DNA of 64,000 nucleotides from positions 1,426,001-1,490,000 of the forward strand of contig JAYWIR010000028.1 in assembly GCA_036172245.1 (NCBI GenBank). Direction: 5' to 3'. Position 1 is the first letter of the stretch; every line of letters starts with the position of its first letter. Positions 23,401 to 38,699 of the stretch are shown one piece after another. The translations under genes were made by a program, and so were the position numbers. The DNA comes from Raillietiella orientalis. Taxonomy: Eukaryota. A model generated the notes under the pieces. The model was not told the origin of the DNA. It did no database searches and was given only the letters and a program-made list of their open reading frames with translations.

Positions 23401-26400
23401 ATCATGTGTAGTCAAAAATATTGATCATATGACTATATCATCACAATGGCATAATAAACAGAATTCTAATTTCAAACATCTATCTAGTGGTCTAAATATA
23501 AATATTGTCAAATTTTAACAAATTGATCCATCTGTTGAGGCCACAGATCATAATGCAATTCTAATCTTTCCGATGGTTGGTCTTCATTTCCTGAATATGC
23601 ATACCCAAATTTTTTTGCAATGAAAAACTCTCATAGTAACATTTTATTTAAAACGGACTTAATCCATAAAACAATTGATGATTTGAATAACTGATTTATT
23701 AGGCAATTAATTTGTTAATTTTTAATCTGATTTATTCTTTTTAATACGAGTAAATAAAATAAAATTGCTAAGGCTCATATTACAATTCTTAAATAACTGC
23801 CCTCATTTGCATATAACCATTCAAATGGTAGAATTTTCAATGAGAGACCAAGTTGCTGCATAAAAATCCAGAATATTGAGATGATCTGCTTAAACAGTTC
23901 AGTATTTATGAAAAATGCTACATGAGAATCAGTCACACTTAAATTCACCTTAAAATTAATACACCTAAAAATATGGGTTAAAAATGTTCTTGCACTTCTT
24001 TCAAAACCTATGGTAATATCAATTTAATCACATAAAAACAACATACATATGACAAGCCCCAATAAAGAATCATTATTAGTGATAAGAACACAAATAATTA
24101 AAATCAGCATTATGAAATAAGAAAACTCATTTCTTCAGTTCAAAACAATGCTTTTCATTTTAAGCACTATATTTAGTTCAGATGCTTATTTATTAGAAAC
24201 CCTTGATTATGCAAGAAAAATACTCAGAATAACAGCACAATTCCCAAATGGCATGCAATCATAGCAACTATTTTCTAACTTTAACCCTTGTGTTCAAAAA
24301 GAATTTTCATATTACGTGAGTTCATGGAATTTTCGATGCTTCCTAGCATCAAACAATCTTAGTTACCATATTTCATTATGAGTTCACATGCTGAAAATTT
24401 CTTAAAATGAAATGAACTGATTGGAGATTACTGGCATAGAAGCTACTTGACCATCCTCCAGGAATGTGCAAATTGGGCCACTTGAGCAATCACTAATTTC
24501 CAAAAACTTGTTCAATCTGAGTTTGGTTTTGATACTTTATCAAACTTGCCTTTCACTCTGCAATGACAACTACAGCTGAATTCAAAACAGAAGTTAATTC
24601 TGAATTTTCATAAGTGTTGGTGCAAACATATTGCAAATTCCAAATACTTTAAAGCTCTCTCAGAAAGCAACGGACAATACACACAAAAGAAAACTATATC
24701 CAAATTTTGTAAATACAATAATGTAGAAAAAAGAAAAGGAATACAAAGATGTGAAGGGGAGCTTCCATCAGCTGCCTTCTATCTCTTCTGCACTTTAGAT
24801 AGAAAGCCATTTCCACATGCAATTTTGATTTCAACTATAATCATAGGATTACTTTATTCAATGTATTAGCATATGCTATTTCATATGCTAACACTTATTA
24901 AGGATGTAGACAACCATGTTCTTTGGCTTAGTTAACTAGTTGGAAAAATCTCATGTAAACGTTGTTTCTTTTGTCCTGTTGGATCCATGCTAGTGCTCTG
25001 ACTGAGCACTTGTGTTTCCCATTTGACTGGAAATTCTGTTTCTATTTTCCCATGTCCAATCAATGATTGTTGCAAAGTGCAATAATTCAAACATGAAGAT
25101 CAGTATGAAAACTTTAAGAGGTTTTTCGTCTATTTTCAATTGAGGAATAATTCAATCTGTCACCATGACAAATGTCTAGGAATCACCATTAGCACCATCA
25201 GGCTACTGTTTGTTAGAGAATCATTTACAAAATATCAACTTGCTATAGTTTTCTGCATCTTGCATCCAAGACAAGTTTGCAACAATGAAATTTGCAGTAT
25301 TTTGAATTTCATGAGATACAAAACACTTTTCTTAAAGGTTTTACCGTTAAGTTTTCCCTTGTTGAAGGATGAAGCTAAGTTATTGTTTCCTTATTTAACT
25401 ATTTACACTAGTATTTCTTCAGTTTTCACTACCACCAATCTTAAAGAAAATTAATTTGCTAACATTCCCTTGTGATTTTCAAATTTCTTTTGCATTCCAC
25501 TTGTTCTGAAACATCAGTGGAATTCTCTTTTACCCACATATCTTCAACTTGTTCCTATGAAACTAAAGTGTCAAATATCTTTCACCACATGCTCATAATG
25601 GTACTTTTCCCCCTTGTTGTTGTTTTCTTCAGTTCATTTATAAAAGTTTACCTTCTTATTTAGGCTTACTTTTTTATATGCACAAAGACACTTCCTCTGT
25701 TGGAGAATCAATTTAGTTCAACACTTGTTTGCTACTAACCATCATTTCAAGTAATTCAAGGACTAATAGGGAATACTTTCGCAGAAGCATTTGATTTGAC
25801 AACCGATGTGTCATTGCCTATAATTTCCATAAAGCAAGAAACAAAAGCAGAGAAAAACTGGAATAGAGATAAAAAACTCCAAACAAAATGCCCATGAAAC
25901 ATTGAAAAAACAATGGAACACCCACATGAAAAGTAAATTTTTAAAAACAACTTTAGAATTTGATTTTGATATGTTGTGAATATTTATTATCAATGATGGT
26001 GAAACATTCATACTATTGCAACAATAGCAAAATTCAAAACAGCAAAGCTACACTACAAAGTTTACAAACCAAACAGCATACCAGGTTGCAAAAAATTCTT
26101 ACACATCCCTCCTTAGAACATATACTAATCAATGGATAAACATAAGAATTGTAAACAATGTTTGCTACGTATTACATCATTATTTTATGACCAAACTTAC
26201 TCAACCAACTAATCATATCATATATCAACAGTATTTTAGGATCATTTTAAAATTTGCAGCCAATGCATTGATTAATAAAGTGAACAATAATAAAAACCTT
26301 CAATCACTTCTGTGAGTTCCGAGGACTTTGGTTTTTTCTTCCTTACTGAAGATCTTGAACACTTCAGTTTTTTGCATCTTACTTCATGATGAAATAATCT

Positions 26401-26405
26401 GGTAC
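17422..26405 (-). CDS. POLRMT: Mitochondrial DNA-directed RNA polymerase (T7-like single subunit), multi-exon; start codon not determined
   Basis: Motifs WFPHNLDFRGRFYP, HQDGSCNGLQHYAALGRD, RKVIKQTVMTTVYG, PNFIHSLD, SVHDCFWTH and terminal FDLQEVLNSVYFFS* (stop 17422-17424). Spliceosomal introns e.g. ~17554-17592, ~18508-18550, 18827-18883. Core exons extend to ~23007. A candidate N-terminal exon at ~26300-26405 (KKKPKSSELTEVIE) is less certain. Confidence 0.95.
24350..25750 (-). mobile_element. Very decayed LINE remnant (ORF1 knuckle / APE) in the presumed large POLRMT intron
   Basis: Cys-rich knuckle-like remnants near 25250-25350 and a HNEIW remnant (similar to APE GDFNAHxxxWG) near 24365-24400. 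Confidence 0.3.
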
Positions 26406-29400
26406 CTAAAATAGTATATTTACAATTAGAAGTTCATTTCTGACACAATATTGTACACGCAAAAAAAAAACATCACAACTCAATTTCCCAACCAAAAATT
26501 CTGACAATGAAGCTTCCCAAATTCGGATCACCACAAGCACTCGAGTTAAGAACAAGTACTTGAGTAGATGCCTACCTTTGTATAAAGGTTCATACGAACT
26601 GACTGGAAAAGAACACACATAATGCTTACAGTACTTCAGAAAACCACTAAAAAAATACGTATAACTATGATTCATGTATTGAATGCTAAGTTCTAAGAAA
26701 GTGTGTTTTCATGCACTGTGGAGAAACAACTCCTTCAAGACATAAGAGATACGATGCATGACGATTAGCATGCATACTATTTTCTAGGATGAACCTACAC
26801 TTCCAAGCAAAAGTCCATCTCTGGTACTTATTCATGGATTTCACCAAACGAACAGATAATCTGAAAAACCATGAGCATTGGCTGCAAGTAATATCTCGCA
26901 CATGATCTACAACTCCTTCAACCACGTGCTTTTCATGCCTTCCATGTGAAACGAAAGTGCATATGGGTTTATATGTTTCGAAATCAGTAAACTTAATTAT
27001 TAATCGACAATACAATGTTATAATGGTAAATGAGTACCATAATAGATAAGTTTCTATTAATATACTTTTGGCATCCTTTACATTCTAGTACCCTTTACAA
27101 TAGAAATCGCGAGTGTTCTCAATTGTATTAATAACTCAGAATGGAAGCATAGTATCTCCAGTTTGATGTATTTATTATTGCCATGAGAATAAAGCTGAAT
27201 TCAAAATTCAAGTCTTATTATTCTAGTGAAACTTGTGAAACTGCTTTCCGAACAAATGACAAAGTATCATCGCATCGTAATAATCATTTCTCCCTATTTT
27301 TTCATTAAATATTTTGTATCTCGATACTTGCTGGTTTCTCTTTCCTTTAAATTGTTTTATAAGAAGAAAAACTGCTTGAATATTCTCGATTCCCAAGGAG
27401 AAATAAAGCAAATATTGTGTTGTGCGTTAGGCCTCAAAATTTATTTTGCAAATATTTGTGTGGTTCAATGATTTAAACTACATGGTACAATGCAAATGCA
27501 TTTACTTCCTGCAAGTACTTGTTGAAAAGCCAAGATTTGAAATCTTACAATAATATTCGTAATGATAAATAAAATCAATCTGGCGTGATAAAATAAAAAG
27601 TGCTATTTTCTCAACGCGCTTCCATGGAATAACACTTTTCTACGGTTTTTTGTTTTTTTTTCTCTCCTTTATCAGTTACGACATATTTTGTACTGGGTCC
27701 GCCAACTCGGTGTATACGAGCAACTGAAGAATGCTGTTACCAGTGACATGTACAATTTAATATGATACCTTTTCACTTTTTTGCTAACTTTAGGTATTTC
27801 TGGTTGTAAGCATCAACAACGTCTCCAAGTTGAATCATAATTAATTTTTGTTAGATATTCGTAGTAAGCTTTGACTTCAAGGGAGAATCTCTTTTCTGTC
27901 TTTTTGCTTTCATAATGTCAATCTTCAACCAAACTGTTGATATCTTTCTTGCAGCTGCGTCGCACATTAATTCATTTATTACTGTCAGCCACAGACAACT
28001 TTAGTACTGATATAACAGCAGTAATTTTTAGGGACATTTTCAAATTTTGATAATTTCATTCTGAGAAACATTTGCTACATGGCAATCAAAGTTTTAATCC
28101 ACTTTTGCATGCTTGCTCCGACCCGCGTTTGCAGTTTGCAGTACATTTGCCGCTTTCAAAAAGTCCTATACATGTAGCGAAGTTTTTTTCTCTTTAAAAA
28201 AAATTTTGTTTCAGTTTTTTTTTGAAAAAAACAAAAAAAAAATTGTCGCCATCTCGAAATATCAACACAGGTTTTTGTGTTTTTTTTCTCCAATTTTCTC
28301 ATTCACTCTTCAATGCATCCCTCGTTCAGAAGATAGCATTCTTTTTAATTGTGGATTCACAAATTCCTGATGTTTTCTAAAGCACAACATACTGATGATC
28401 GCCTTGGTTCATACACACTTATAGAGACGACGTTTCTACATCAATGATGGACAAGTTCGACGTATGAATGAATTCAAGTACTTTTATGGTAAAGCTCAAG
28501 TCTAAACATTTCTTAACCTAACTCATAACCTAATTCATAAACCTCACCTAACTTGACCTGATTCATAAACAGTTCTTTCATGCTTACTAATATGATTATT
28601 GAGATTAGAAAAGAAAATTGCATTTATTTAGAAGTACAGTAACGATCCTGGACTGTATTCCCATCTAGAAAACTAATTAGGAGATACAAGAACTTAATAA
28701 TACAAGGTCGGCATCTCAACCTGGTTGATGATTTAAAATTTCGGTTTTCATTTAGTACAAAATAGAAATTCCCTCCAAACAAATTCAAGACAATAGAATC
28801 AGAAACTTTTCAATAGAAAATGCGCTTGCTAATAAGTTTCAACTCTCCTTTAAGTAATTTTCAATGGCTTATTTTCATAAAATAATTGAAAATCGAGAAA
28901 CTGTTTTCAAAATGAAAAACACAAAATTTTCGATTACTGCCCCTGGTACAAAGTAAAATAAAATTGCATCCTAGTAGTGACTTGAAACCCCAATACTACT
29001 CGTCCATTTCATGATCTCTAGAAGAATAATGCACATTTCTTTGTTTTCAATCATAATGCTTTCGAATTTTTCAAATCATACTCATTGATTAAAAGTCAAT
29101 GATGTCTGTTATTTGTGGTCTTTCTGCATTCCCCAATCCTCAAGTTTATATGAAGAATCACCATCATTGCATTTCCTTCTGAATTCTACTAACAGTAGCG
29201 TTAGCAATTGCCATAATTTCTATAAAATACAATGGAAAATGAAAATTTTTTACACTTATTTCTGTCTTTTCTTTAGGTTCCGCGATATGTGGAAACTTTA
29301 GAATGACGTGTAGGGAAATTTAAATGACGATGGTACGGATAATATAAAAACATAATTGAATTCAATGATCTTCTTTATACAGCTTGTAAAAGCATTGGTA

Positions 29401-29559
29401 GATTAAGAAATAGACCATGTTTTTCAAAGAAGTAATGTTCATGATTCTTACTAATTGAAACATCATTTCACATAAATCATTATTGGTTACATTCGATGTA
29501 CATAATATCTTAAAAATCAATAGTAACTTAGTATCACAAAATCTTCATGAATTAAATTT

Positions 29560-30170
29560 TGTTCACAACAGTATCGAGCGATACTGCTGAAATTGGGTGC
29601 TGGAATCACAAGCTAAGCTAAAGTATTTACAATTTTTCAAATCTTCCACGTGATCACAAATGTTTTGCAATAACTTCAATGCGCCTAACGCAAATTGAAT
29701 CTAAGAGTTGCATGTTTTTAATTTGCGATAGTATTTGATTTTTGTTACTAAATCCATCAAGTGACACATTGGATGCATTGATGAAGCAATCTTTCACAAC
29801 TTCTGTGTCAGTAAATAGTTTCATATGTTTGGCAAGTATGTAACAGATATCGTATGATGCTCTAGTCACCGCTGTCTTGTGATGTCGCCACCGATCTATT
29901 TTGTTGTTGTTGCAATGACTTCTTGGAGATAGTTAACTTTTCACTTCTTATTAGAGACTCCCGAGGAAAAGTGTCACCAAATGATTGGTGTTTCGCGATA
30001 CAATGACGATCAATGCTACGCTTTTTTTTTTTTAATGTCACAACTTTCACGGCAAAGCCAACAAGTTGTTCAACCGTGTTTGTCTTTCACAACAAAATAT
30101 TCCTCTTCCCAGTTGTCTATCTTCGTCGGATGTTTTTCGTTTCTGTTTTGAAGACGTTCCTGCCATTATG
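29560..30170 (-). mobile_element. hAT (Charlie/Buster, GTF2IRD2/ZBED5-like) transposase N-terminal fragment, pseudogenised
   Basis: KKRSIDRHCIAKH...SLQQQQ, then TRASYDICYILAKHMKLFTDTEVVKDCF...QLLDSICVRRI, matching Buster-type ASYxVAxxIAKxxKPFxxGExVKxC and LSxxTVxRRI motifs; frameshifted. Confidence 0.8.
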
Positions 30171-30882
30171 GATGAAAAAAATTGTCCGTTTGAAATGAAA
30201 AGAAACAAAACTGTGACGCACGAAAAACACGACTACACAACCAAAATACAACTAGACAAAACAAAAAAAGTGTCGAACGTCGAGGTAACTACACTACCGA
30301 AACAGTTCGGCCAATGCAAGATTAGTGCACCGCAAACAAATGAATAATTCGTAAACACGCGGTGCAATGCTGCCTAAGCGCATGTGGAATCGGTGTTGCC
30401 AGTGCTTAGTTCGGGTCGCGGATTCGTCAGCGGTCGGTGTTTCAATAAGGAATAAATGCTGTACCAGCGGCATCAAAAGATGCAACGTTTTGCAAGACGG
30501 CTAAAACTTTAATTTTGATGTGTGTTCGAGAAATTTAAAATTTTTACTACGGCCCAGGTGGCCTCTAAATCTTTGTTTGTGAGAACTGCAGATTACTTAT
30601 TACGATAATTTTATTTAATAATATTATAAAAAGTTGAGTGATTCATTAAATGACATGATTTTTAGTGTGTCATCGACGTAAGAGGGTTCGTGTACGTGAT
30701 GAATGAAAGAGTTCGGTTTTCCGGCCGCGGGTTGAGTCTGGGAGACCTGGAGGAACTTTGGGTGCGTTCGCTCTAAACCGGTTGGCGTTGGAGCGGTGCA
30801 AAAAAACGTGCAATGGAGTGCGTATTGCATGCTTAGGCGGAGAACTGTGTGATTGCTTAACGTTTAATTAGTATTTCAGGTT

Positions 30883-33800
30883 ATGGCCGTAAATATGGTA
30901 AGAGATTACAGTACTCCCGTAATTCAGTGGAAGTTTCCAAAATGCTAATCGACTTTTTTGTTTTTGTTTTTGTTTTTGTTTTCGTGAAAGAAAAAGCATA
31001 GTATTTACTATGATTACGCATTTGTAAGCATCTAACGGTAGCAGAATATAAAGTTTTGCATTGAATTGTAAATGTGCTTCAGGATCCCGCTAACTCAAGT
31101 GAGAGAACTACTGTGGATCATTCTAATGAAAAAGATTTGTGCATACTTGAGAACAATGGGTCCAAGAAATCAAGGAAGCCAAAAATTGAACAGTTTTTGG
31201 ATGCCACCAGAATTCCTAGAACAATGGGAAAAATGACAACAGCACTCTTGGTACTTGCCGTGATCTGCATCCTCCTGTTTATATGGGTGATTTATTTATT
31301 GACATCGTGCCAGTCCCATGCAAGTGATGTGTGCTTGTGGCCTGTTTGTTTAAAAACGGCAGCTCAGGTAAATGTTTTAACAAGTACCAAGTGTTCATTG
31401 TATTTTATATTCTTAAGGACAGGTTTCAAATCCAGTTTAGATGAGTTTGAAAGCTCAAAATTATGTTTTGTTATACATACTTATATTTTGTTGGGATTTT
31501 ATCATTGTTGAATTAGCAGAATTTCATGTATTAGCAAAGATAGATTGTTTCTTTCCTGCATTCTGGGCATGTGTCATTATTGTGGCATTTGTTTTTTGTT
31601 TGTTGTCTGCACAGAGACAGAGAATTATAAGAGAAGTGGCTAAATAGCCTGCAGGAAGTTGATTTCTGTAAATTTTGTACTTTTACTATTCGCTGGTTAA
31701 ATTAATCGCCATAGGTTGTAATTTAAATGTATGTTGTATTAAAAGCAGTAGTTGGTTATAAAAGAATTTAAAAAATGTACTTTGCTTAAATATTATGGGC
31801 GTTGAAGTGGTTTTTCCACTTGACATAAAACAACCTATTTAGAGTGTTTTTGTTTTACTTAGTATCATCATCTGAAACGAAGTGAAGCGTGTTGATTCTA
31901 TTCAAAGTGTATTAATCAATCTTGATTTAGGTCAATTTGGCTGCTCAAAGTCTTTAAGATGAAATTTTAAAATGCATAAGTGGGATAGGATATGTTAAAA
32001 ATTTTGTATACTGCTAAATGTCTATGTTGTTGTTGTTATTTTTGGTAACTTTTATCAGTGAAACTGAAATTCTTTTATGTTGGCTGTTTTGAAATTAGAT
32101 CAAAGAAAAGCTTAATTCATCTGTTAGCCCATGTAGTGATTTTTGGCTGTTTTCTTGTGGGGAGTGGTTGCATCATAACAGCATACCAGCTTCATTTGAT
32201 CATTGGAGCTATTCAGAACAGCTGATTTACGAAGGTAAAATTCCTTATCATTTTTAAAAATAATTTTCTTCACTCATAGTAATTTGTAGATGGTAAGTAA
32301 AAGAAAAAAAAAAAAAAAAGATGCTGTTTTTATTCTTGTAGTGGATTATTTTAATTTTCAAAGTAATTTTCAAAGTAATATTTTCAAACACATTTCACTA
32401 ATGCCTCTTTACTTTTATTTAAAGATCAGAAATTTTGCAAATGGTATTTGATGATTAGCTGTTTTTTTTATGTGCATACTTTGTAATGGATGTGTAAGCT
32501 GTGAATGTTTGTGCTGTCCATTAAATAAAGGCCTTTTTGTCATTAATTTGTACATTCATTTTTCTGAAGAAATTCTCAACCAAAATTTAGACTTTGCCAA
32601 TCTGTACATATGCATGCATAAAGGGAATCCATAAACTGAGAAAGGTTGTACAGCAAATGCAAATAGTTTCTTTTGGTTTTAGATTTTGTGCATTCTCCAA
32701 ATTTTCCAAAGATTGCATGAATTTCTTTTTTATTTCTATCTGCGTAAACACTTTTAGTTTATTTTTGAATCACTGTCAATTCAGTATTCAGTCCAGATTT
32801 TGAAAAGACTGATACGATTTGTATGTATCAAGTAATTTTTCTTCAGATTTGAAGCTTAAGAAGTATTTGCTTTCATGGAAATTTCTTTAGATTTAGAAGT
32901 TTCTGAAAGTGAGCATTGAGTCACAGTTGAAAACTTTGGGAATGTTTGCAGAAATATTACGAACTATAGTAAAGTGTATAAGCAAAACTCATTTTCATTT
33001 AACATTAATCATTCTGTTGATACTACTATATATACTCATAGTAGGTAATTAAAAAAAATATTCTTCAAACTCAGAATCAAGACTTGATTAGACAGCCAGT
33101 TGCACTGTTAACATATGGCAATTTATGTGACTGTAAAGAAAAGTGTCCTAATTAGTACCATTTCTTTAAATGGAAGAGCCAAGTCTTCCAAATGCAAAAG
33201 TTATTTTAGAGATTAGAATTTACATGTTTTGGTAGTACAGAGCACCTGACTATTTGACTGATTGAGTTATGCATTATTGGTGCTCTTATTGTTTGGGATT
33301 GTGTCTTTGTTGGTTGATCCATCTGAAAGGAATTTTCAGTAAATGTGTTTTAAAAAGAATAAGGTGAAAAGAAAGTATCAGCTCCCATCATTTTTCCTAG
33401 TAATGTTGAGAATCATGTTGAATTTGTAAATTGGAAATTCTGAAATATCCAATCACATTTATCACCATTTCTTTGAATGTTGTGGAATAACGTGATTGAT
33501 TTTACTTAAAATTATGACAATCCATGCTTGCCATATCCTGAAAAGGGCAATTGTGTACATATAATCTGTTCTTAATTTATTATACATGGATAATTCTGTG
33601 GAATAAAGGGTTCTATGATTGATTCATTATTCATATTATGGATGTTGACAGTAGTTTGGGAAACATTCTTAATGTTTATTGATACAAAAAGTTGCAATAC
33701 ATACTTTTGCATTAATAATCGTTTGTGGAGTCATATACAAATGGTTATTTATGATGAATTAGTATTCTTGCTATACCTGTTATTATGTTCACTTAGGATA

Positions 33801-36800
33801 TGAAAGTTATTTGAGAGGTTCATATCCTCAGTTTCACTATTTCAGTGGCATGTTTTTTGAATAGATTATCAATAAGGACTCGAGGACATAATGCACAAAT
33901 ATATCCAATTCTAGAAATTGTGAAACATGTTTGTTCTCATTTATTTCTTATTCTTCCATTTTTGATTTGTGGATTTACTGTCTTAGTTTTCTAAATGTAC
34001 CAACATTTAGGTGCAAATTAATTAAGCAGTTATTGTCTTCATGTGTTTTCATCATATAAAATGAACTCAGTATGATTATATAATTGCAATATTGTATTGC
34101 ATTTATTGCAACTTTCTGCACATTTAAATTAAATATTGTAATTCATGTGACTACATACTCTAATAAAATCTTAACTGACTTTTCTTTTTAAGCTTCACCT
34201 ACAATCATCAAGGCACACTGCATATTTTCGATAATTTTTATCTATTTATCATCGAAATAGGAAAGCCAGGTTGTCAGAATTCTTCATCTGTTTTCAGGTA
34301 TTCTATCTGTTTTATTCCTTGGAACTTTCTGCCTAAATTGGTACATGCTAAATTCATTATCTATAACTCAATTAATTCCTACTTGATCTGTCAGTGAAAA
34401 TTCTGTAATGAATTTTTGTAGTATAAATAACCAAATGTTGACATTGAAATGTAAGTTCATAATTCACGTTATAGTTTCTGTTGTTACTTAATTTGCCATT
34501 TTTATGCTTAAATTTGTGTTGGCGAGCCAAAATGTGACTTTTTTTTTTTTTTTTTTGGTTTATGGCTTCTTAGCTATTATTTTGATCAAGGAAAACAAAG
34601 TGCTTCCTTTTGTTTCCAGCATTGTTTGCAATTTTATTCAATTTCCATTATATTGATTAACATTACATAGATATTTTGAAGCTGTATTGGTTAAATTAGC
34701 TCTCTTGTTTATTTCTATAATGCTTTAAAATTAATGTGTTCCAAATGTTATTTGTTTTCGGATCGTAAGTTAGTTTTCAGATTTGTCACCAAAGATGCCA
34801 ATGATTCCAGCTGTGGAAGCATTGAGATGTTGCATATAATTTGCTTTAAATGTATTTGTAGTTTCAAGTTGTGTTATTGCTTTGCTGTTTTGTTACTGTT
34901 CCTGTTATTTTGGTTTATATGTTTATGATGTTGATTTAATAGTTTTATTTGCAGAAATTCAAATAAAGTATTCTATATGATTACAGCATTTTTTTCGTAG
35001 ATTCACAAAAATTGCAAAGCATGATTACTACTTTACCAATGCCCGAAAATTCTAGATCTGCTGGTTGGAAAATGAAGAATTTCTATGATTCCTGCATAAG
35101 CCATTCATTGAAAGGTGACAGGAGGGAGTTTTCCACAAAGATCGATTCTTTAGGTAAGCGTATTTATTTCGAAAGTGTCTGTTTTCATTCTGTTTGAATA
35201 GGTGGATGGGAAGTACTAAATAGTTGGGATGAAAAACTATTCGATCTTTCGTATTTATGGCCTAAGTTAAGCACTGAACATAACGTCGCCATCTTTTTTA
35301 ACGTTCGTGTAGTGCCAGACTGGGAGCATTCTAATTCTAATGTGGTTGAAATTGCGCCAGGGGGATTAACCCTGGATCATTTTTCATTATATTTTCGCCC
35401 TCAGAGTGATCAGGTCAGCAAATCGCTTATTTGAAAATAGTTGGCATCGACTTGTAGGTCATTCAAGCATTTTTGCAATATGTGAAAGATAGTGTCCAAA
35501 AAATGGGTGCCACAGAAGATAGAGCTAAGCAGTTTGCTGAAGATCTTTATAATTTTGAAAAGCGAATTGCAGAACGCATCATGAAGACTCCTAGAAGCTT
35601 TTCTCGCATAAGCATCCAGCAGTTGAGGTCCATCACAAGGGTTGTAAGTTAATCAAATATGCATCAATATACAATTGATGAGTGGGGCAGATTCCTTGGA
35701 TAGAACTTTTACAGCAGCGTTACAGCAGATACGTTACAGAAGATACTGAAATTTTGGTACAATCCAAAGAATTGGTGTTAGGTATTGCGGAAATTATATC
35801 TTCAAGTGTCAGAAGTCTCTTGAACAACTACATGATATGGCATATGGCTCGAGTCTATTTGCCGTATCTTAACAATGAATTTGCTTCGCTCCATCAGTTG
35901 TATGTGGGGAAACTTACAGGTGCACATCAGCAACCTGAATGGTGGTTGCAGTGCTTGCAAGCTACTACATCTGTGTTTCCCCATGCAATAAGAACTCTAC
36001 AAGGTCGCAAACTTAAAGATCGAAAACAGCACCAAATACTACTACAAAATATGTTTTATTACATCAAGAAAAGTTTGATGAAGTCTGTACAGAACAGTGA
36101 ACTAAATTATTCACCACAAGTAGTGCACAGTCTTTTGATTAAACTAGAAAACATGACTATAATGGTGGGATATCCTGATGAACAGTTGGAAGTAAACAAT
36201 GTTAATGATTACTATGATAAAGCATTTGTTATTCGTAACAATTTTCTGGAAAACATGATTCATGGTCGGCATTTACAAACACTATTGGAATTAAAGCAGT
36301 TGCAGCATCAGGATAGGTTTGATTTGGTGAAAAATGCCTTGATTTCAGAAAAGGTTACTCACATTCCCACAATCAATCTTATAGGTAAGTGTGTTTCCAA
36401 AAAGATTATATTTATCCATGTAATTTCTGTATAGTGGTTCCAGAATATTTTCTCCATTTGCCATTTTTAGAATCCTACTATTCAAAGTGAGTTTTCCATA
36501 CTTTTGTGATGCCTTGTAATTCACTAGTGTATTTAACATGTAGATCCTATTTGTATGGCATCTATGGTGTTGAGTTGGCAAAGGCAATAATTCAGATTCA
36601 AGATGAAAGCTATGTGAATTCTGACCTGGATGGAATATGGAATGAAACGTTGCATCCGAAAGATCTGTATTCAATTAAAAGAAAAGCACAGCAACATTGC
36701 TTAGATGAAGTTATAGAAACAAATCTAGTTAATGAAAGTTTAGCAGTCTTGTCAAGTATCAGTTTTGCATTGCAGGTTAGGATATTAGATGATGATAGAC

Positions 36801-37075
36801 TAAATTAATATTTTTTTACGTAGTCACTGAAATCTCATTTGCATGAGGAGAATGAGAAAATTCTTCCTGCTCTTAAATTTGCACATGAAGCAGTGTTTTA
36901 TGTTAGCTTGATGCAATGGCAGTGTGGATCAGCTCAATCAGAATTATATGATCTGTTGAAAGATATACGCCAGAATCCATGGTTTCAAGAATATGGCCAA
37001 ATACTTCAGAAATTGCAATCTTTTGAAGAAACCTTTGCATGTGCCCACAAACAGGAAGTGTACTGTACAACGTAG
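30883..37075 (+). CDS. Neprilysin/M13-family type II membrane protein, non-catalytic homologue (possibly 'gone early'-like)
   Basis: Exons approximately 30883-30897, 31083-31367 (TM helix, VCLWPVCLKTAA), 32099-32234 (SVSPCSDFWLFSCGEW), 35001-35153 (FYDSC), 35202-35413 (GGW; IAPGGLTL), 35458-35643, 35691-36384 (LNNYMIW; VGYPD), then further exons to the stop at 37075. The HExxH position reads KAIIQ. Confidence 0.88.
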
Positions 37076-38699
37076 TTATAAAGTATTAATAGTGCGCTTC
37101 ATTAAAAAGCTCTCTGAATCCATCACACAATCCATTCTGATCTTGAGTCTCAAGAATTGAGAAACACTTGAACCGTGAGTAATAATTAGCATGAACAACT
37201 AGCAAAAAGGAAAATGTCTGTTCAAATACAATGTGATATTCTGCCTCAACAAGTTTTTGATGCATATTCTTGAATAAGTAATCTTTGGATGCCATCTGAT
37301 ATTTACATTGTTTTTGATATTTTATCATTATATGCATAACAGTTAAGTGTTACTGAATCTCAAATTTTGTGTCCACAGACAGATGTCCTCTCCACAAAAT
37401 ATCAGTGAAACCCTGACTTTTGTGGTTTAGTTATTTCCTTAGTTGAATAGTAATAAAAAAAAGCCTTATTTGTTACATCCATGAGTTAAATATTTAAAGC
37501 ATTCTTTCAGATGTAATACATTCCTCATGAGTTGCTATGCATTTTGAGTTTTAACTTCTAATCTTTATTGTTCATGTGTTCTCTAGTTCAGACAAGTCAT
37601 TTAATCAAATGAGGTTAATTCACTGTCAAGTTATTCGACTATATTTTTTTAAAAAAAATTAGTTTTCAAACTTTTCATGTAGATGTTCCTTTTACTTCAG
37701 TAGTTTAAATTGCCTGAACGTACTTCAGCATTGTACAAGCATTTTTGCAACTTGCTTGCATATAAATGGGACTTATTGAAGCAGAACACTATGATATATA
37801 TCCATAATTTAAATGTTTATTGCAGTAAAAACAATTGCTTGCTTTTTGAACAGGAATTCCAAATATTTGTTCATAGTTTACAAGGATTATGGTTGGGATT
37901 TTCAGGTTGCATGGGTACCATCTAATCAAAGTAATACCTAAATACTACATATATGCACAGAACAAAATTCTGAACTGAACTTACCTTCACTGCATATTTA
38001 GTACAGAATTTCATCGTATGTACAAATAAAAAGCATTCCCCAAAGTTTAGCCATAAACTTCCCACAGTATGTTTCCAATGCAAAATGACTAATTACTGAG
38101 TATCGTGAAATAAATCCAGCAATACCACCGCATCTTTTTGATTGATTTTCTTTAAAACATAATTATGCATCAAGGAAAGTACTTGAAAAAATGCTCATTT
38201 TACACAATTTACAACTGGCAAATAAAAACGAGTGTCTTCTAACACAAATAATGCCCCTTAAGAAAACTCATTAGTGACACAATGGTAAATACTTAAAGCT
38301 TATTTGCGTTGTGGTTTGCTTAATTGTTCATCTTATTACAGCAAATTTATTTTCGAAATATGCAAACTGTTAATAGTTTATTACCGATATTACACATTAT
38401 GTTGCATCTCCATTCAAATTTGCAGTGCTTGTGTGTGCACAATAATGAATAAGAGGTAAACTCAAATCAGGTTTATTGTATCAGTGGAATTATTTTTGCA
38501 TCTATCTATACAAGGACAAAACTGCCTGCACTCATACACTTGACATACAGATAATGCACACTACAAAAAATAAGCAGCAACTACCCCAAAACAGTCAAAA
38601 CTGCACACTATGGTAGCACAAAACAAAAAACAGGCAACTGAAAAGATGCCACACAATACTTACTGTGGCTTATGTTTGTGCTTTTTTTCTTAGTTTATG

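Noticed and set aside
33000..34400. Possible LINE RT/RNase H relic in the neprilysin-like intron
   Set aside because: Only vague motif traces; cannot be supported without a search.
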